Positions 23,612 to 35,849 of a stretch of DNA of 64,000 bases are shown one piece after another. The stretch comes from Naegleria gruberi (lineage: Eukaryota), in NCBI GenBank assembly GCA_000004985.1, contig GG738870.1; one strand, given 5' to 3'. Made by a program: the position numbers and the translations under genes. Positions within the stretch are counted from its first letter, which is position 1, and each line of letters opens with the position of its first letter. The notes below the pieces were generated by a model. That model did not search any database. It worked only from the letters and a program-made list of their open reading frames with translations, and had not been told where the DNA came from.

Positions 23612-25440
23612 TTAAACTGAAATACTGCTTTCGGCATAGTGAGTAACTGTTTGATCAGTGTCCAAATCTTCAACAAGTCCTTCGAAATTCTTCTTGGTTT
23701 TTTCCAGAGAAAATTCCTTGATTGTTCCATCTCTTGTTGCAACGTAGAGAACATTGTTGGTCTTTCCTCTACATATACTAGTGAATGGCTTTCTAACTTT
23801 CAATACCTATATTATAATTTCCACAAGTTTCGAATAGTTCAGCACCAAATTGAAATATTAACATGGATCATAATAATTAAATCATTGAATAGTTCAATGT
23901 CTACTACTTACACAAACGGTCTTTCCGTGTTTCAAATCCCAAATTCTGACTTCATTGTCATCACCTCCACTAACTAGAATTCTTCCTTTAACCATAATGT
24001 TCTTAATTTTAGTAGAGTGACCTTTCAATTCTCTCTTGAATTCATCACCTTCATCGACACGATACTCTCTAATAATACCATCCCATGAAGCAGTGATTAG
24101 ATGGGTTCCACCTAGTCCATCAATATTCTTTGCAACAGCAATACGACAAACACAATCCTTGGCTTCTTCCATAACTTTCATGCATTTACCAGTTGTGCAA
24201 TTCCATTTTCTAACAGTCCTATCTTGACTACAACTATACATGTGAAATCCATCTTCCATAACTACGAAATCCCATACCCATGATGTGTGTCCTGCAAAGG
24301 TCAATAAAAGTGTACCATCTTCAGTATTCCATTTACGAATGGTTTTATCAGCACTTGAACTGTAAATGTAATCATTTTTAACAGCAATACCAGTTACAAT
24401 ATCTGTGTGTCCTCTAAAAGTTTGTAAACATTCACCAGTTTCAGCATCCCATTTACGAATATCATTATCAAAAGATCCACTATATAAGTGTTTCTTTCCG
24501 TGCAATGTCAATGATGAAATTGTTTTAGTGTGACCTTTAAAGAAATGAAGAATGACTTGACGTTCAGCTGCCCATGATCTTATATCACCATCATCTGATC
24601 CTGTATAAATAACACCTTCAGGTGATGTAATCATCGCAGAAATAAACTTTCCATGTCCTTTAAAGACAAAGAGACATGATCCACTTGGATCCCTATTATT
24701 ATTACAAATTATTATTATTATTATTACAATTGATTGTTATAATTGATTGTTATAATTGATTGTTATAATTGATTGTTATTAAATTGTTATCAGCAATTGA
24801 GTTGGTTACATTGTTAATAATGGATTGTTTTAAAAAAGTGTGTTTGTTGGTTAATAGTAGTAGTATATTAGTTGTATTGGTAGTAGTAGTAGTAGTAGTG
24901 TTAATAACATTCATTATTTTGTTTACAAGTTTGGAAAGTCATATTCAAAGTAGTAATAAATTAATATTATTGTAATCGTTATGAATAATGTCAAATTGAA
25001 CACAAGTTTGTTGTTATTATTGTTTGATGAGTAATTCATCATCATCATTATTCGATAGTGGTAGAATAACAATATTTCATCATCATCAAAATTAATTGAT
25101 ACAAAAAAGAACAGATGAAGAATAGGATGTTGTTGTTGTTATACGAAAGTAATTATCACATCATCGTGATGAAACCCATCATCATCATTGTATTTTCCAT
25201 AGAAAAAGGAATGGTAACAAATAGATGAAATATACACAGATTAAATTATAAGAACTAAACAATATTCGAAACAACAACATACCATTGTCTGAGAGTCGCA
25301 TCATGAGAACCAGAATAAAGCTTTCCATTGAAATATTGAAGTGTGGAAATACTCTTGGCATGTCCAGTAAATTCCTTGCTAGACTCCAACTCATCAGGTG
25401 TTGTACTCTGATCATTGTCAAATGTCAATATATTGATCAT
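23612..25440 (-). CDS. WD40-repeat protein; 3 exons (25283..25440, 23912..24691, 23612..23806). Intron 1 is 591 nt and microsatellite-rich; intron 2 is 105 nt.
   Basis: Repeated GH..(S/T)...WD units: 'FTGHAKSISTLQYFNGKLYSGSHDATLRQW|DPSGSCLFVFKGHGKFISAMITSPEGVIYTGSDDGDIRSW...FKGHTKTISSLTLHGKKHLYSGSFDNDIRKWD..'. Donors gtatgt/gtaagt and acceptors aatag/tatag are in consistent phase. Confidence 0.75.
24728..24779. repeat. Tandem repeat (AATTGATTGTTAT)x4 inside WD40 intron 1, flanked by (ATT)n, (GTA)n and (CAT)n microsatellites across about 24690-25250
   Basis: Direct reading: aattgattgttat repeated four times; tagtagtagtagtagtag at about 24879-24897; attattattattatt at about 24707-24722. Confidence 0.85.
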
Positions 25441-25886
25441 TGGCAGATTAAATTCACAAATAAATGTTTAAATGACATTTTGATGATAAATTTTATCGAT
25501 AATACAACAACACGTACATTTTGTCCCATTTTTTAAATGTTTTAAAGTGGTACAACCGAAAGACTACTTGTCAATACAGTGAAAAAATTCCATTTATCTT
25601 CCGACCCATCACTACATCAACATTAAAAATTTCAACATCAATTTCATTAAAATTGGATAGTCTATTTTACTCCTTAGAATGAGTACTCAGTGTGTGTGCT
25701 TATTCAGAATTGATTAATAAGATTTTATTAATAATTTTAATGTTACTCATTTACGCAATTTGTAACTAATGTCACAACTTTGAATGGTTCATGAGCATTC
25801 TTTTAGACTATTATTTTGGCTAGATCAGTAATCTTAAATCTTGTTAATTTCAAAAATTTCAAATTAAAAATAAAAATTAATTCAAT

Positions 25887-27265
25887 TTATTTCTTTCTGT
25901 AGAGAGTCTTATTAACAGCAGAAATGATAACATCAGCATTTGGCCAACAAGCTTGTTCAATATTTTCAGCATATGGCACTGGAACATCAACACCAGTACA
26001 TCTGTAAGCTGGAGCATCCAAATAGTCAAAGGCTTCTGATTCCATAACTTGGGCAATGATTTCAGCACCAATACCACAAGTTGGCCAACCTTCTTCAACA
26101 GTAACTAATCTGTTAGTCTTCTTAATAGAAGCAATGATTGGAACCATATCCATTGGACGAATAGTACGCAAATTAATAATTTCAGCACTAATTCCATTTT
26201 GAGCGAGCTTATCAGCAGCAGCAAAGATGTGATTCATGGCACGACCATAACCAACGAGGGTAATGTCCTTACCTTCACGTTCAACCTTTGATTTACCAAT
26301 TTCAATAACAAAGTCCTTATCATTATAAATACTATCAGAGAGTTCAAAAGTTTGACCATACAAAGATTCACTTTCCAAAACAACAACTGGGTTATCATCA
26401 CGAATAGCAGCCTTCATCAAACCCTTATAATCTTCAGCACTCCATGGACAGACAACCTTCAAACCTGGACAGTTGGCATACCAAGCAGCATAATCTTGAG
26501 AGTGTTGAGCAGAGACAGCAGGTGGAGCACCGTTTGGACCACGGAAAACAATTGGACAACTGATTTGACCAGCACTCATATAACGACCCTTAGCAGCACT
26601 GTTAATAATTTGATCGATAGCTTGCATAGCAAAGTTGAATGTCATGAATTCACAAACTGGTCTCAAACCACCCATAGCAGCACCAACAGCAATACCAGCA
26701 AAACCCATTTCGGTAATTGGAGTATCAATGACTCTATGAGCACCATACTTGTCATAGAGACCCTTTGTAATTTTATAAGCACCATTGTATTGAGCAACTT
26801 CTTCACCCAAAATGAAAACTTTTTCATCACGGGCCAATTCTTCATCTAAAGCCTTGTTGGCAGCATCTCTGTTGGTAATCTATTATTGTTGAATAAATGT
26901 AATTATAATTAATATATATTTAGTATTATTGTTGTGTTTGCATTATCATTTGTTGTTGTTAATCCAATCAAAATGGTTAATAAACATTCCATCGATAAAG
27001 TAAATTTCATAAACATCCAAAGAATACAAAGATCATCATTATCCACATCATATATTGTAGCACAAGTAAATATTAAAACAATCGGGTCGTAATCATTCAT
27101 ACATGAAAAAAACAAAAATACAAATTTACAGTAAATTAATTCATCCAATGAAGATATACATACAGCAATTTGAGTAGTATTATTCTTTGTTGAGAAGTTT
27201 CTAGCAGCGTTAACAATGCTAGCTGATTTATTATTCTTGCGCAAGAGGGTTGAAAAGGCTTTCAT
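25887..27265 (-). CDS. pdhB: Pyruvate dehydrogenase E1 component beta subunit, mitochondrial; 2 exons (27164..27265 presequence, 25887..26879) with an intron of about 284 nt
   Basis: Exon 2 '[97 protein letters not shown]...' is colinear with PDHB. Exon 1 [34 protein letters not shown] resembles a mitochondrial targeting peptide. Donor GCT|gtatgt and acceptor aataatag|ATTACC are both in phase 0. Confidence 0.85.
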
Positions 27266-28247
27266 TTTTTTAGTGTCGATTTTTGGTCATCTCCGTTGTC
27301 CTTCATTTGAAGCAAAACAAAAAAGCCTCTCATCCATTAAAAAGTACTCTAGAACTCTCTAGATTGCATTCTCTCAATATTTTGCTAGAGGCTTGGGTAA
27401 TATATTGTTGTTGGAAAAGATAACAAATGATACTACTTTTTGCTTGCAATATTTTGAAAGAAACACTAGGATGATTTTATTGAACAAGCAAAAAATCGTA
27501 TTGTAAAGTTCGGTTCAGTTTCAACACGTCAATCATAGAATGCAGAATCCTCTGGCAAGTATATTGTTTGCAAATTCAATATTAAAAAACACACAATATT
27601 CATCAGCTAGGCAATTCAAACAATTCAATGCAAGCTATTACTTGATATTGTTGTTTTTCAATCTTCAACATTTTCATTTTTGGTATAATTCACATAAATG
27701 TACATGTTGATATTTTTGAACAATTTTCAAAATATTTGAAAAAATTCATTTCATGATTTTTAAGAGTCACCACCCACTGGATCAAAAACGGTACGTTCCT
27801 CTCTAAGATGATCAAAAATTGTATATTGATTTTTACAAGGTCCCAAGTTGGACCATTATCACGAGTAAGCAGCAGAGAATCAACTCAGGTCTGATCTGTG
27901 GAACGACCAGTTTTTTTCCTTTTCATATTTTTTGTGAAGGTTTTTGGGCTCTTTGTGATTTCGTTTTTTATTCTTGTTTTTGAAAAAAATTTGCATCATT
28001 TGATAATTGCTACTACTCGTATCATCATCATCGCTGTGTTGTAGGGAGAGGAGAGGTTTACACAAATAGTTCTATTGTTGTTTTTCTTGTTGTGGATTTT
28101 GCAAGACTCTCTCAATTATATATAATTTATATATTCATCAGTGTAGTAAAATATATCATCCGATAATAATAGAAAATTGGTGGTGTGATTTTGTGGATAA
28201 AATTACTTTAAACAAGTAGTAACAAATATAAGCAATAGACCAAAAAA

Positions 28248-29183
28248 ATGATTGATGAATCTTCAAGTACAATAACATCATCGTTATCTGATAGCAAGGA
28301 GGATGCTAATGGGTTGATTTCATGTTCTTGTTCATCAAAAACAACAAGATATCGTTTTCTTGCATCAGTATATGGATTTTCTAAAATACAATACTATGAT
28401 TATTCGGATCTTTCAAAATTACGAGAGGACGAATTAAACCTTGGAGAAGATTTTTACTTTTATACTAATTATTATTTAGGAGTTTCCGATGGTGTAGGTG
28501 GTTGGTCATCATATGGAGTTGATTCATCTAAAGTGAGCAGAGATATAATGAATAATTGTAAATATTATGCAAGTGAGGAAGAAAAATGTTTAATTAATTC
28601 TCACAATGGAACAGTATTGAAACCAAATGAAATTTTAACAATGGCATATGACAAAGAATTAGAATATTATAATCAATTGAATATTGATAAACCTCTTGGT
28701 AGTACGACGGCATGCGTGCTACACCTTGATAGTTTAACCTGTTCTCTAAGTTATACCAATATTGGAGATAGTGGTTTTATGATTTTAAGAAAATCTGAAA
28801 TAGAAAATCAACAACAGACATTATTTGTTGCTAAGGATCGTTCACGTATTATTAATGGTTTAGGTAAAGCACCATATCAATTAAGCTTTTTACCTCCAAG
28901 AATGATTGAAACAAAAGAATATTTTCATGATAGCCCTTCAGATGCTGTGACAGAAACTAATATTATAACTCTCAAAGAAGAAGATATTATTATAATGGGA
29001 AGTGATGGACTTTTCGATAATATCAAAACTGATTATGTGGCAGAATATGTGAATGAAATATTTCCAAATGGTAGCATAGATGATGTTCCAAAGTTAGCGA
29101 GGGAGCTTGCAGAAATTGCAAGAAACCAACACCGAAAAATAGATGACATAGTTTGTCTTTGTGCAAAAGTTGTAAAACATTAA
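28248..29183 (+). CDS. PP2C-family protein phosphatase, PTC7/PPTC7-like
   Basis: Motifs 'GVSDGVGGW', 'GSTTACV', 'NIGDSGFMILR' and 'GSDGLFDN' match PPM/PTC7 catalytic signatures; single exon. Confidence 0.75.
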   Translation: MIDESSSTITSSLSDSKEDANGLISCSCSSKTTRYRFLASVYGFSKIQYYDYSDLSKLREDELNLGEDFYFYTNYYLGVSDGVGGWSSYGVDSSKVSRDIMNNCKYYASEEEKCLINSHNGTVLKPNEILTMAYDKELEYYNQLNIDKPLGSTTACVLHLDSLTCSLSYTNIGDSGFMILRKSEIENQQQTLFVAKDRSRIINGLGKAPYQLSFLPPRMIETKEYFHDSPSDAVTETNIITLKEEDIIIMGSDGLFDNIKTDYVAEYVNEIFPNGSIDDVPKLARELAEIARNQHRKIDDIVCLCAKVVKH

Positions 29184-29224
29184 ACAATTTAAAAAAGTTT
29201 TCTCCATTCAAGATTTATTTTTCC

Positions 29225-32200
29225 TTAAACGAATGAATCTTCCCCTAAGAATAATCCATCCATCTCAGATTGATCTTGTTGTTGAGAAGAAGATCCCATT
29301 TGATTAATGATTGGTTGTTGAGGATTTTGCATGGCAACAGTTTGTTGCATGAGAGGATTAAATGTTTGGAATTGTTGTGGTTGTGGTTGTGGTTGTGGTT
29401 GTTGTGGTTGCTGTGGTTGAGCAGCAGTATTTTGTTGGAGAAGTTGAAGAAGTAATGAGCTTTGATTTTGGGATTGAATTTGCATTTGAGGAGGATTAAG
29501 AATGGTAGGTTGGTTAATGGTTGGATTAATTACTGTTGGTGCATTATTTACAGTGTTTTCTGGTGGCTTATTCAATATTATCTTATTAAGATTTGTCATT
29601 CCTTGTGGATTTTGAGGTAGTTGTTGTTGTGGATTCTGTAATTGTTGACTTTGTAATTGTTGTTTACGATACTCGTTCATTTGTGCCAACACGTTCAATT
29701 GTCCTGGTGTTAAAGATGAAAGATTTTGAACGTTTCCAACGTTTGAAATATTCGACATATTTTGAACTCCAGCAATATTTTGTTGTTGCATATTTGCTTG
29801 TTGTTGAGCTTGTTGTTGCTGAACAGCTCTCATTTGGAGAGCTTGAAGGATTTGTTGTTGCTGGGAAGGGTTATTCTGGAGAGCAAGCAAAACTTGGTTA
29901 CGTAAGGCAGGGTTTTGTGCTAATTGCTGTTGAAGAGCATTTCTAGACATTTGTTGCTGTTGTTGGATCATTTGATTTCTAAGCATATTTGAGCTTTGGG
30001 CATCTCTCAAATTATTTTGAATTGTTGAACCTGTCATAATGACTGTTTGAGGCTTATTAACTCTTTGTTGCATAATATTCCTATTTTGTTGCATTTGCTG
30101 CATAACATTACCAGATCTATTCAAAGGATTAAAATTCACACCACTAACATTAGTGAACGAATTTTGTTGAACATTTCTTTTTGTGGGATCAGCCTTGAAT
30201 TGAGTAAAATCGACTTTTTTGGAATTTCCTTTCTTTGATGCTTTCGATTTCTTTTCTTCATATTCTTCTTCCTCCTCTTCTTCTTCTTCCTCTTCAGAAT
30301 AAAAGTCTTCATCATCATCTTCATCTTCATCTAGAACAAATTCAGCATCCTTATCAGCCTTCTTATCTTCATCTTCTGCTTCCTTGTAAGATTTCCTCTT
30401 TCTTGGTCTAAGACTTCTTTTAGACTCATCTAATTCGTCTTCATCCACAAGGGAAGTAAAATCTTTCCTAATAGATCTTCCACTTCTTGAGACAGTTTGA
30501 TTATTTTCACTTGATGCGGCTGGTTCTGCTTGTTCAGTTTCAGCAGGTTCAGGCTCTTTGAATTCTTTAACTTCACTCTCATTTTGCTTCTCTATTTCTT
30601 CTTCTCTCTCTTTTGCAACTATAGTGAGATGTTCTTCTCTGGATTTTCTCTTTTCTTCAACACTTAATGGTTCTTGCTCAGGTTCAGGTTCAGGCAACTC
30701 GTTAACTATTGCTTCCAGAGAGGATATTAAAAGAGGTACAGATTTGGCTTCTTCACTATTCTCTTCGAGTTCCTCACTAATCTTTTTGAGCTCCTCAATA
30801 AAATCTTCAAACTCTTTTTTAGTGGAACATTTAATTTCCCAACGAGGTTTTGTTTCTGAATACAGTGATGCAGGTAATTCTGCAAAAAGCTTACCAATAC
30901 TGTCGTAGTACCAATATTTAATACCATCCTGGTCCGATCCAATAGGATCAACAAGCATTGTGATGCCATATTTGCTTCTAGAATAGTCATAAACTCTTTG
31001 ATTTGTTTCAAATTTCCATTCCATGAGAGCTTTGATTATTATCAGTCTCCATGCTGGTGTTAAATCATAGTACTCGTATAAAATGAGAGGATTGACTTTC
31101 CATAACCAATAAATTGGAGGGAGTGAATCTAACTTATTTTTCAGAACAGTCTTCCACTTATCACATTTTGGATCCAAACTTACGAGAGTTTTTCTATCTA
31201 TGGCAGGTCCTTTAACTAACCTTATAAATATATCTGCCAGTAAGCCATTACACTCTCGAGGATTAATTAGAGAATCTTCAAACTCATCAAAATCGAACTC
31301 TGTAATTTTAAGTATTGGCCTTAAAAGTTGAAAACCAACAAAAACATATGGTAATTCCCACATTGATCTTAAAATTTCCAAACTCGTTCTCTTTTCTTCC
31401 TTTTCATATTCTTCAACAATTTTCTTTTCTTCCTTTGCCTTTTTAGCTCTTTCTTTGCGTTCATTATCTATTGGTTGAGCGAGTTCCAATTCTACCTTTT
31501 GTGGAAGTTTGATTTGTTTTTCCTTGTAAATTTCTTGAACTTCTTCTATGGTATACATGTTAAATTTCAAATAAATTTTTTCATTATGACCACCATAGGC
31601 TGAAATATTTTCAGTATAGTTAGTAAATTGATATTCTCGCAGTGTAGGTAATGGTTCTCTATACATCTTATAGACCGGTTCAGAGAGACGATCATCATTC
31701 TCAAAGTAAATTGGATCACAGAAATCAACGGTTGGTTCCTTTTCTTCCATTTCTTCATCTATTATTTCTTCCTCAATTTCTTCTTTTTTAACCTTTTTCT
31801 TTTTCTTTATAGGTTCTTCCTCTAGTTCCTCTTCAAGAGCATCGTCTACAATTTCCTTTTTGACAGATCTTTTTCTCTTAGGTGTCTCTGTCTCTTTTAC
31901 TTCCTTCTTTTTTCTTCCTCTTTTTGGTGTAACTGTTTCAGTTGCTTCTGTAGTTTCAACCTCGTCATTATTTGAAAACTTCTTTTTGTAATTTACACAT
32001 TTATCAGCATTTGGCAACATTTCAATTAATTGTCTAATCCTAGCATTTGAAAGGCCATAATATTCAGGACCAGATACTGTACATGTCTTTGAATTTTTCT
32101 TTCTTGACTCATTTACTTTCTTAATTACGAGTGACCATACCCCACTAGGTGTTGATGATGTAAATGAATTGTCGTCATCAGCTGGTGTAATTTTAAAAGT

Positions 32201-32740
32201 TGGTCCTTCTTCACCTCCATCTAAAATTTCACAAATATAAACAGTCTTATCCCCTGGATTTTTGTAAGACATGTAGTTTTTCTCTGCCTTATATCCAATT
32301 GGGAATATGTATCTATCATTGTGATAATTTTCATTTTCAAATTCAATTTTACCAAGAGCAACAACTTGTGACGTTCCGAATTTTACAGGAAGTTGATCTT
32401 CAGCTGGAATATTAGGATCTATTTCAACTATTTTCCTTGATCTTCTTCGCTTACGTTGTGTTTTTTCCTCTTCAATATCTTCCTCATCCGACATTTCTTG
32501 CTCATCTTCAGGTTCATCTTTACTTGATGATGGTTCTGCAAGTTTAACAGTCACTTTAACAACTTTTTCCTTTGTTTTTTTCTTTGGTGTTTTCTTTTTC
32601 CTAGTGGAACCTTTTTTCCTTTTTCTTTTCTCCTTTGAAGAATCATAATCACTACCATCATCACCATCAGCTATTTTAAGAGAATATTCTTCTTCATCCT
32701 CTAAATATTCTTCCTTGTTACTATCACTATCCTCGGCCAT
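29225..32740 (-). CDS. Large chromatin-type protein (1171 aa) with basic/acidic N-terminus, DDT/WHIM-like central region and long Q/N-rich C-terminus
   Basis: 'LPYVFVGFQLLRPILKITEFDFDEFEDSLINP...LLADIFIRLVKG' and 'ILYEYYDLTPAWRLIIIKALMEWKFE' resemble DDT and WHIM1 motifs of BAZ/WSTF-type remodeller accessory proteins. The C-terminal poly-Q/PQ is encoded by (TTG)n on the plus strand at about 29300-30000. Single long ORF; domain assignment is tentative. Confidence 0.5.
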   Translation of the reverse strand: MAEDSDSNKEEYLEDEEEYSLKIADGDDGSDYDSSKEKRKRKKGSTRKKKTPKKKTKEKVVKVTVKLAEPSSSKDEPEDEQEMSDEEDIEEEKTQRKRRRSRKIVEIDPNIPAEDQLPVKFGTSQVVALGKIEFENENYHNDRYIFPIGYKAEKNYMSYKNPGDKTVYICEILDGGEEGPTFKITPADDDNSFTSSTPSGVWSLVIKKVNESRKKNSKTCTVSGPEYYGLSNARIRQLIEMLPNADKCVNYKKKFSNNDEVETTEATETVTPKRGRKKKEVKETETPKRKRSVKKEIVDDALEEELEEEPIKKKKKVKKEEIEEEIIDEEMEEKEPTVDFCDPIYFENDDRLSEPVYKMYREPLPTLREYQFTNYTENISAYGGHNEKIYLKFNMYTIEEVQEIYKEKQIKLPQKVELELAQPIDNERKERAKKAKEEKKIVEEYEKEEKRTSLEILRSMWELPYVFVGFQLLRPILKITEFDFDEFEDSLINPRECNGLLADIFIRLVKGPAIDRKTLVSLDPKCDKWKTVLKNKLDSLPPIYWLWKVNPLILYEYYDLTPAWRLIIIKALMEWKFETNQRVYDYSRSKYGITMLVDPIGSDQDGIKYWYYDSIGKLFAELPASLYSETKPRWEIKCSTKKEFEDFIEELKKISEELEENSEEAKSVPLLISSLEAIVNELPEPEPEQEPLSVEEKRKSREEHLTIVAKEREEEIEKQNESEVKEFKEPEPAETEQAEPAASSENNQTVSRSGRSIRKDFTSLVDEDELDESKRSLRPRKRKSYKEAEDEDKKADKDAEFVLDEDEDDDEDFYSEEEEEEEEEEEYEEKKSKASKKGNSKKVDFTQFKADPTKRNVQQNSFTNVSGVNFNPLNRSGNVMQQMQQNRNIMQQRVNKPQTVIMTGSTIQNNLRDAQSSNMLRNQMIQQQQQMSRNALQQQLAQNPALRNQVLLALQNNPSQQQQILQALQMRAVQQQQAQQQANMQQQNIAGVQNMSNISNVGNVQNLSSLTPGQLNVLAQMNEYRKQQLQSQQLQNPQQQLPQNPQGMTNLNKIILNKPPENTVNNAPTVINPTINQPTILNPPQMQIQSQNQSSLLLQLLQQNTAAQPQQPQQPQPQPQPQQFQTFNPLMQQTVAMQNPQQPIINQMGSSSQQQDQSEMDGLFLGEDSFV

Positions 32741-33241
32741 AATTAAATAGAGTGATCAAAAATTAATAATCTTTAATATTTAAAATACTATGAGCAACCC
32801 TTTTTGCGGAGTTTATTGTTGAAATATACTACTACTATTAATATTTAATGTTAATGTATGTATAATACAACAACAAAAATCAATGATGGTTGTCCAATAT
32901 ATTCTTCAGCAATAAAAGCTTGCAATTTTTTTACTCTAATTTTATTTAAAAATTTACTCGTTGCATTTCTTCTTGCGCGAGGAAATAAATTTTGTATTCA
33001 TCTTTTACTTGTTTATTTCTTGTCTTGTTGATGTTTAATATTATTACTTTGCAATGTTTTACAATATTGTTAATGTTGATATGATGTCCAATTTTCCGGT
33101 GTTTGCCATATTATGTGTGAGATGATTTGGAAAAAAACCATTCTTGATGATTTTAAAAAAAATTAAAGAACAATTCGTGTTTCTTTCTCTCGCTAATTTA
33201 CATTTAAATTTGTTGTCAATGAGTTACAACAATAACAACAG

Positions 33242-35538
33242 ATGGATGTTTACGATGAGGAACTTATAGAGGAGGAAGATGATTCCGAACTTTTGGAGTC
33301 AAAGGAATCTAGTGGGATTATGAACAAATTGATGAAAATTAGAAAGAAATTAAGACAATATTATAAAAACGTAAAGAATATTCCGAGTATTGTCATTTAT
33401 ATTTTACATGCACTTTCTAGTAGAGAGTTATTTCTTAAATTTTGTGGAGAAATTTGGGATCATTTGAAAAACACACCAGTTGTTGTTTTTTATGGATATT
33501 TATGGAAAACAAAGAAAGTACAATTCTTCATGAATTTATTTGTTAGTTATGGACTTCCAATTTTATTAGAATCTCTTCCTTGGTATTTCTCTAGAAGAAA
33601 AATTGGTAGAAATTTAAGAACTCAGAAAAATACAATTACAAATACCATGATTGATAGAAAATCATTTAATTGGGATTCATCAAAATCATATATTTTCCTT
33701 ACTGTACTATATACTCTTTTGGAAAATATTGAAAGACATTTGAATTATAAAGTTACAGTAATGAATAGACTCTATGTAAAGAGATTGGTTTTAGAAAAGA
33801 TTTTATATAGTGAGGTTTGGGCATTTTCTGAATTCCAAGGAAGAGAATTGGAATATAGAATTTCTACTGAAATTCATAATACTTTGAGACTTTTCAGTTT
33901 TGTGGTACCAAACATTTTATCATCACTCTATGCTATTATGAGAGAAAGTATTGAACTCTATGATGGAAGAGCAAAACTTGATTGGTTATTAATTGCTAGA
34001 CCAATTGCATCAATGATAACTTGGAGAATTATAGATTGGACAAAGACTCAAATGACAGGAAAGAGAGTAAGTTTCAAAAAACGCATTTCAATTCTAATCT
34101 AATTTTAAATAGAAAGTTTTAGCTAATCTCCAAAGTAATCAAAGCGTAGCAGTTTTATTTGATCAAATAACTGAAGGATTAACTGAAATTCAATTGAACA
34201 ATATTCAACAAAAGAAATTAATAGAGTATGATAATATTGTTCAAAGTGAATTTGGAGTATTTGAAGATTTGAGATTATTTTTCAATCGTTTATATAGTTC
34301 TTTTACAAATAGAAGCGTATTTGATTTTCTATCAGAAACATTTGTTGCATCAATGATAATGGAAAAGAAAGATTTAAATTATGAACAATATAGAAAATTA
34401 CAAATAGACATTGATCACTTGGTGTAAGTTTTTAATTAATGATGTGCTTACTAATTAAATTAGAAAATTGGTAAGAAGAACAGGAACCTATGTCTTGCAA
34501 GCAACCAGAAGTGTTGAAAGACAAACAAGAGTTGTAAAATTAATGAAACTTCCAAACTTCCAAGATGAGATTAATGATGAGTCATTGATAAAGGTGGATG
34601 ACTTTAATGATATTACACTACACAATATCACATTCTCTTACCAAAAGGGTGGTAAAAAACCATATGCTTTGAATTTCTCTGGAAAAATTACAGTATGTAT
34701 CATTTTGAATATTTATTTCAAGTTAATACTTCCATTACAGTTTGAGAAAAATTCAATTTATGCTATTATTGGACAAAACAGAAGTGGAAAGAGTACTCTT
34801 GTTAATTTAATTACCAAGCTATATGCCCCACAAGAAGGAACAATGACATTCAATAATATTCCATACAAGATGATTAATAGAAATTCAATTAGAGAGATAG
34901 TTTACTATGTAGCCCAAAAAGCTTATGTTTTTCCTGGTACAATCAAAGATAATATTTGTGTTGGTATCGATTATATTCCAACAGATAAGGAAATTATTAG
35001 AGCTGCAAAGTATGCTGGTGTATTTACATTTGATGAGGCATCTATCAATTCCAATGGATTTACGACAACAACAGTTGAATCTAATCCTGTTGCAATACTT
35101 CCTAATGAAAAGACAATAGATGAGCTTTTACTTGCTGATCAGCCAAAGAAAAAACTCTCCAAAAAGAAAGTTAAGAAAATATTAGAAATGAAAACAGAAT
35201 CTAGAGGAAGTAATCTTAGTGGTGGCTTTGCACAATCTGTGGCATTGGCAAGAATTTATCTGCAAAAGAGGGCCAAAATTATTATTCTAGATGAAAGTAC
35301 AAGTGCTATGGATCCAATTAAGAAGAGAGATGTTATTTTCCCAAATTTATTCAAGCATATTAGAAAAAATCAATTAACCCTCCTAATGATTTCACACGAT
35401 ATGACCTATCTTGATCAAGTAGATAAGATTGTACTTCTTTCAAATGGTAAAATTGCTGGACAAGGATCTCATCAAGAATTGGTGGAACAAAACAATGAGA
35501 CCTATCTCAAAATGCTTGGACTTTCATCAAAATTGTGA
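33242..35538 (+). CDS. ABC transporter, half-size (TMD-NBD); 4 exons (33242..34066, 34113..34423, 34464..34692, 34741..35538)
   Basis: NBD motifs: Walker A 'GQNRSGKST', signature 'LSGGFAQ', Walker B 'IIILDESTSAMD', H-loop 'ISHDM'. N-terminal exons are hydrophobic TMD. Introns of 46, 40 and 48 nt (gtaagt/gtatgt..atag/ttag/acag) are all in phase; the third removes a hydrophobic read-through inside the NBD. Confidence 0.75.
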
Positions 35539-35849
35539 ATTTGGTTACAAAAGAGAAAACGAAATTTTACGTGATTTTCCAATCTAAAAATATCACCAAA
35601 TAATTACTAAGTGGAAGATCAAAATCTTGTTGAAATCCACAACATTATTGTTGAATATCTCTTCTTATCCATGGATCAAATAAAGATAATACAACTTCTT
35701 GGATGATATGGAATGAAAATACTTCTAAAGACAAGTAGAAGTGGATTACAATTAAAATTTCCTGCGAACATAAGATTTTGTTTTGGCGCGTTATTGAATA
35801 AATTCCTCACAAAAGTGGTAAATTTCTTAGGCTCATAATTTGAAAAAAA

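Noticed and set aside
26352-26849. 165-aa plus-strand ORF antisense to the PDH E1-beta gene
   Set aside because: It lies fully inside a well-supported coding exon on the other strand and has a T/N/S-rich low-complexity translation typical of antisense frames.
27880-28065. 61-aa minus-strand ORF in the PDHB/PTC7 bidirectional promoter
   Set aside because: Short, poly-D/K composition, sits in an intergenic promoter; no support.
29270-30330. Several 60-117-aa ORFs (poly-L/W, poly-V, K-rich) inside the large Q-rich gene
   Set aside because: Other-frame or antisense translations of CAA/TTG and GAA repeats.
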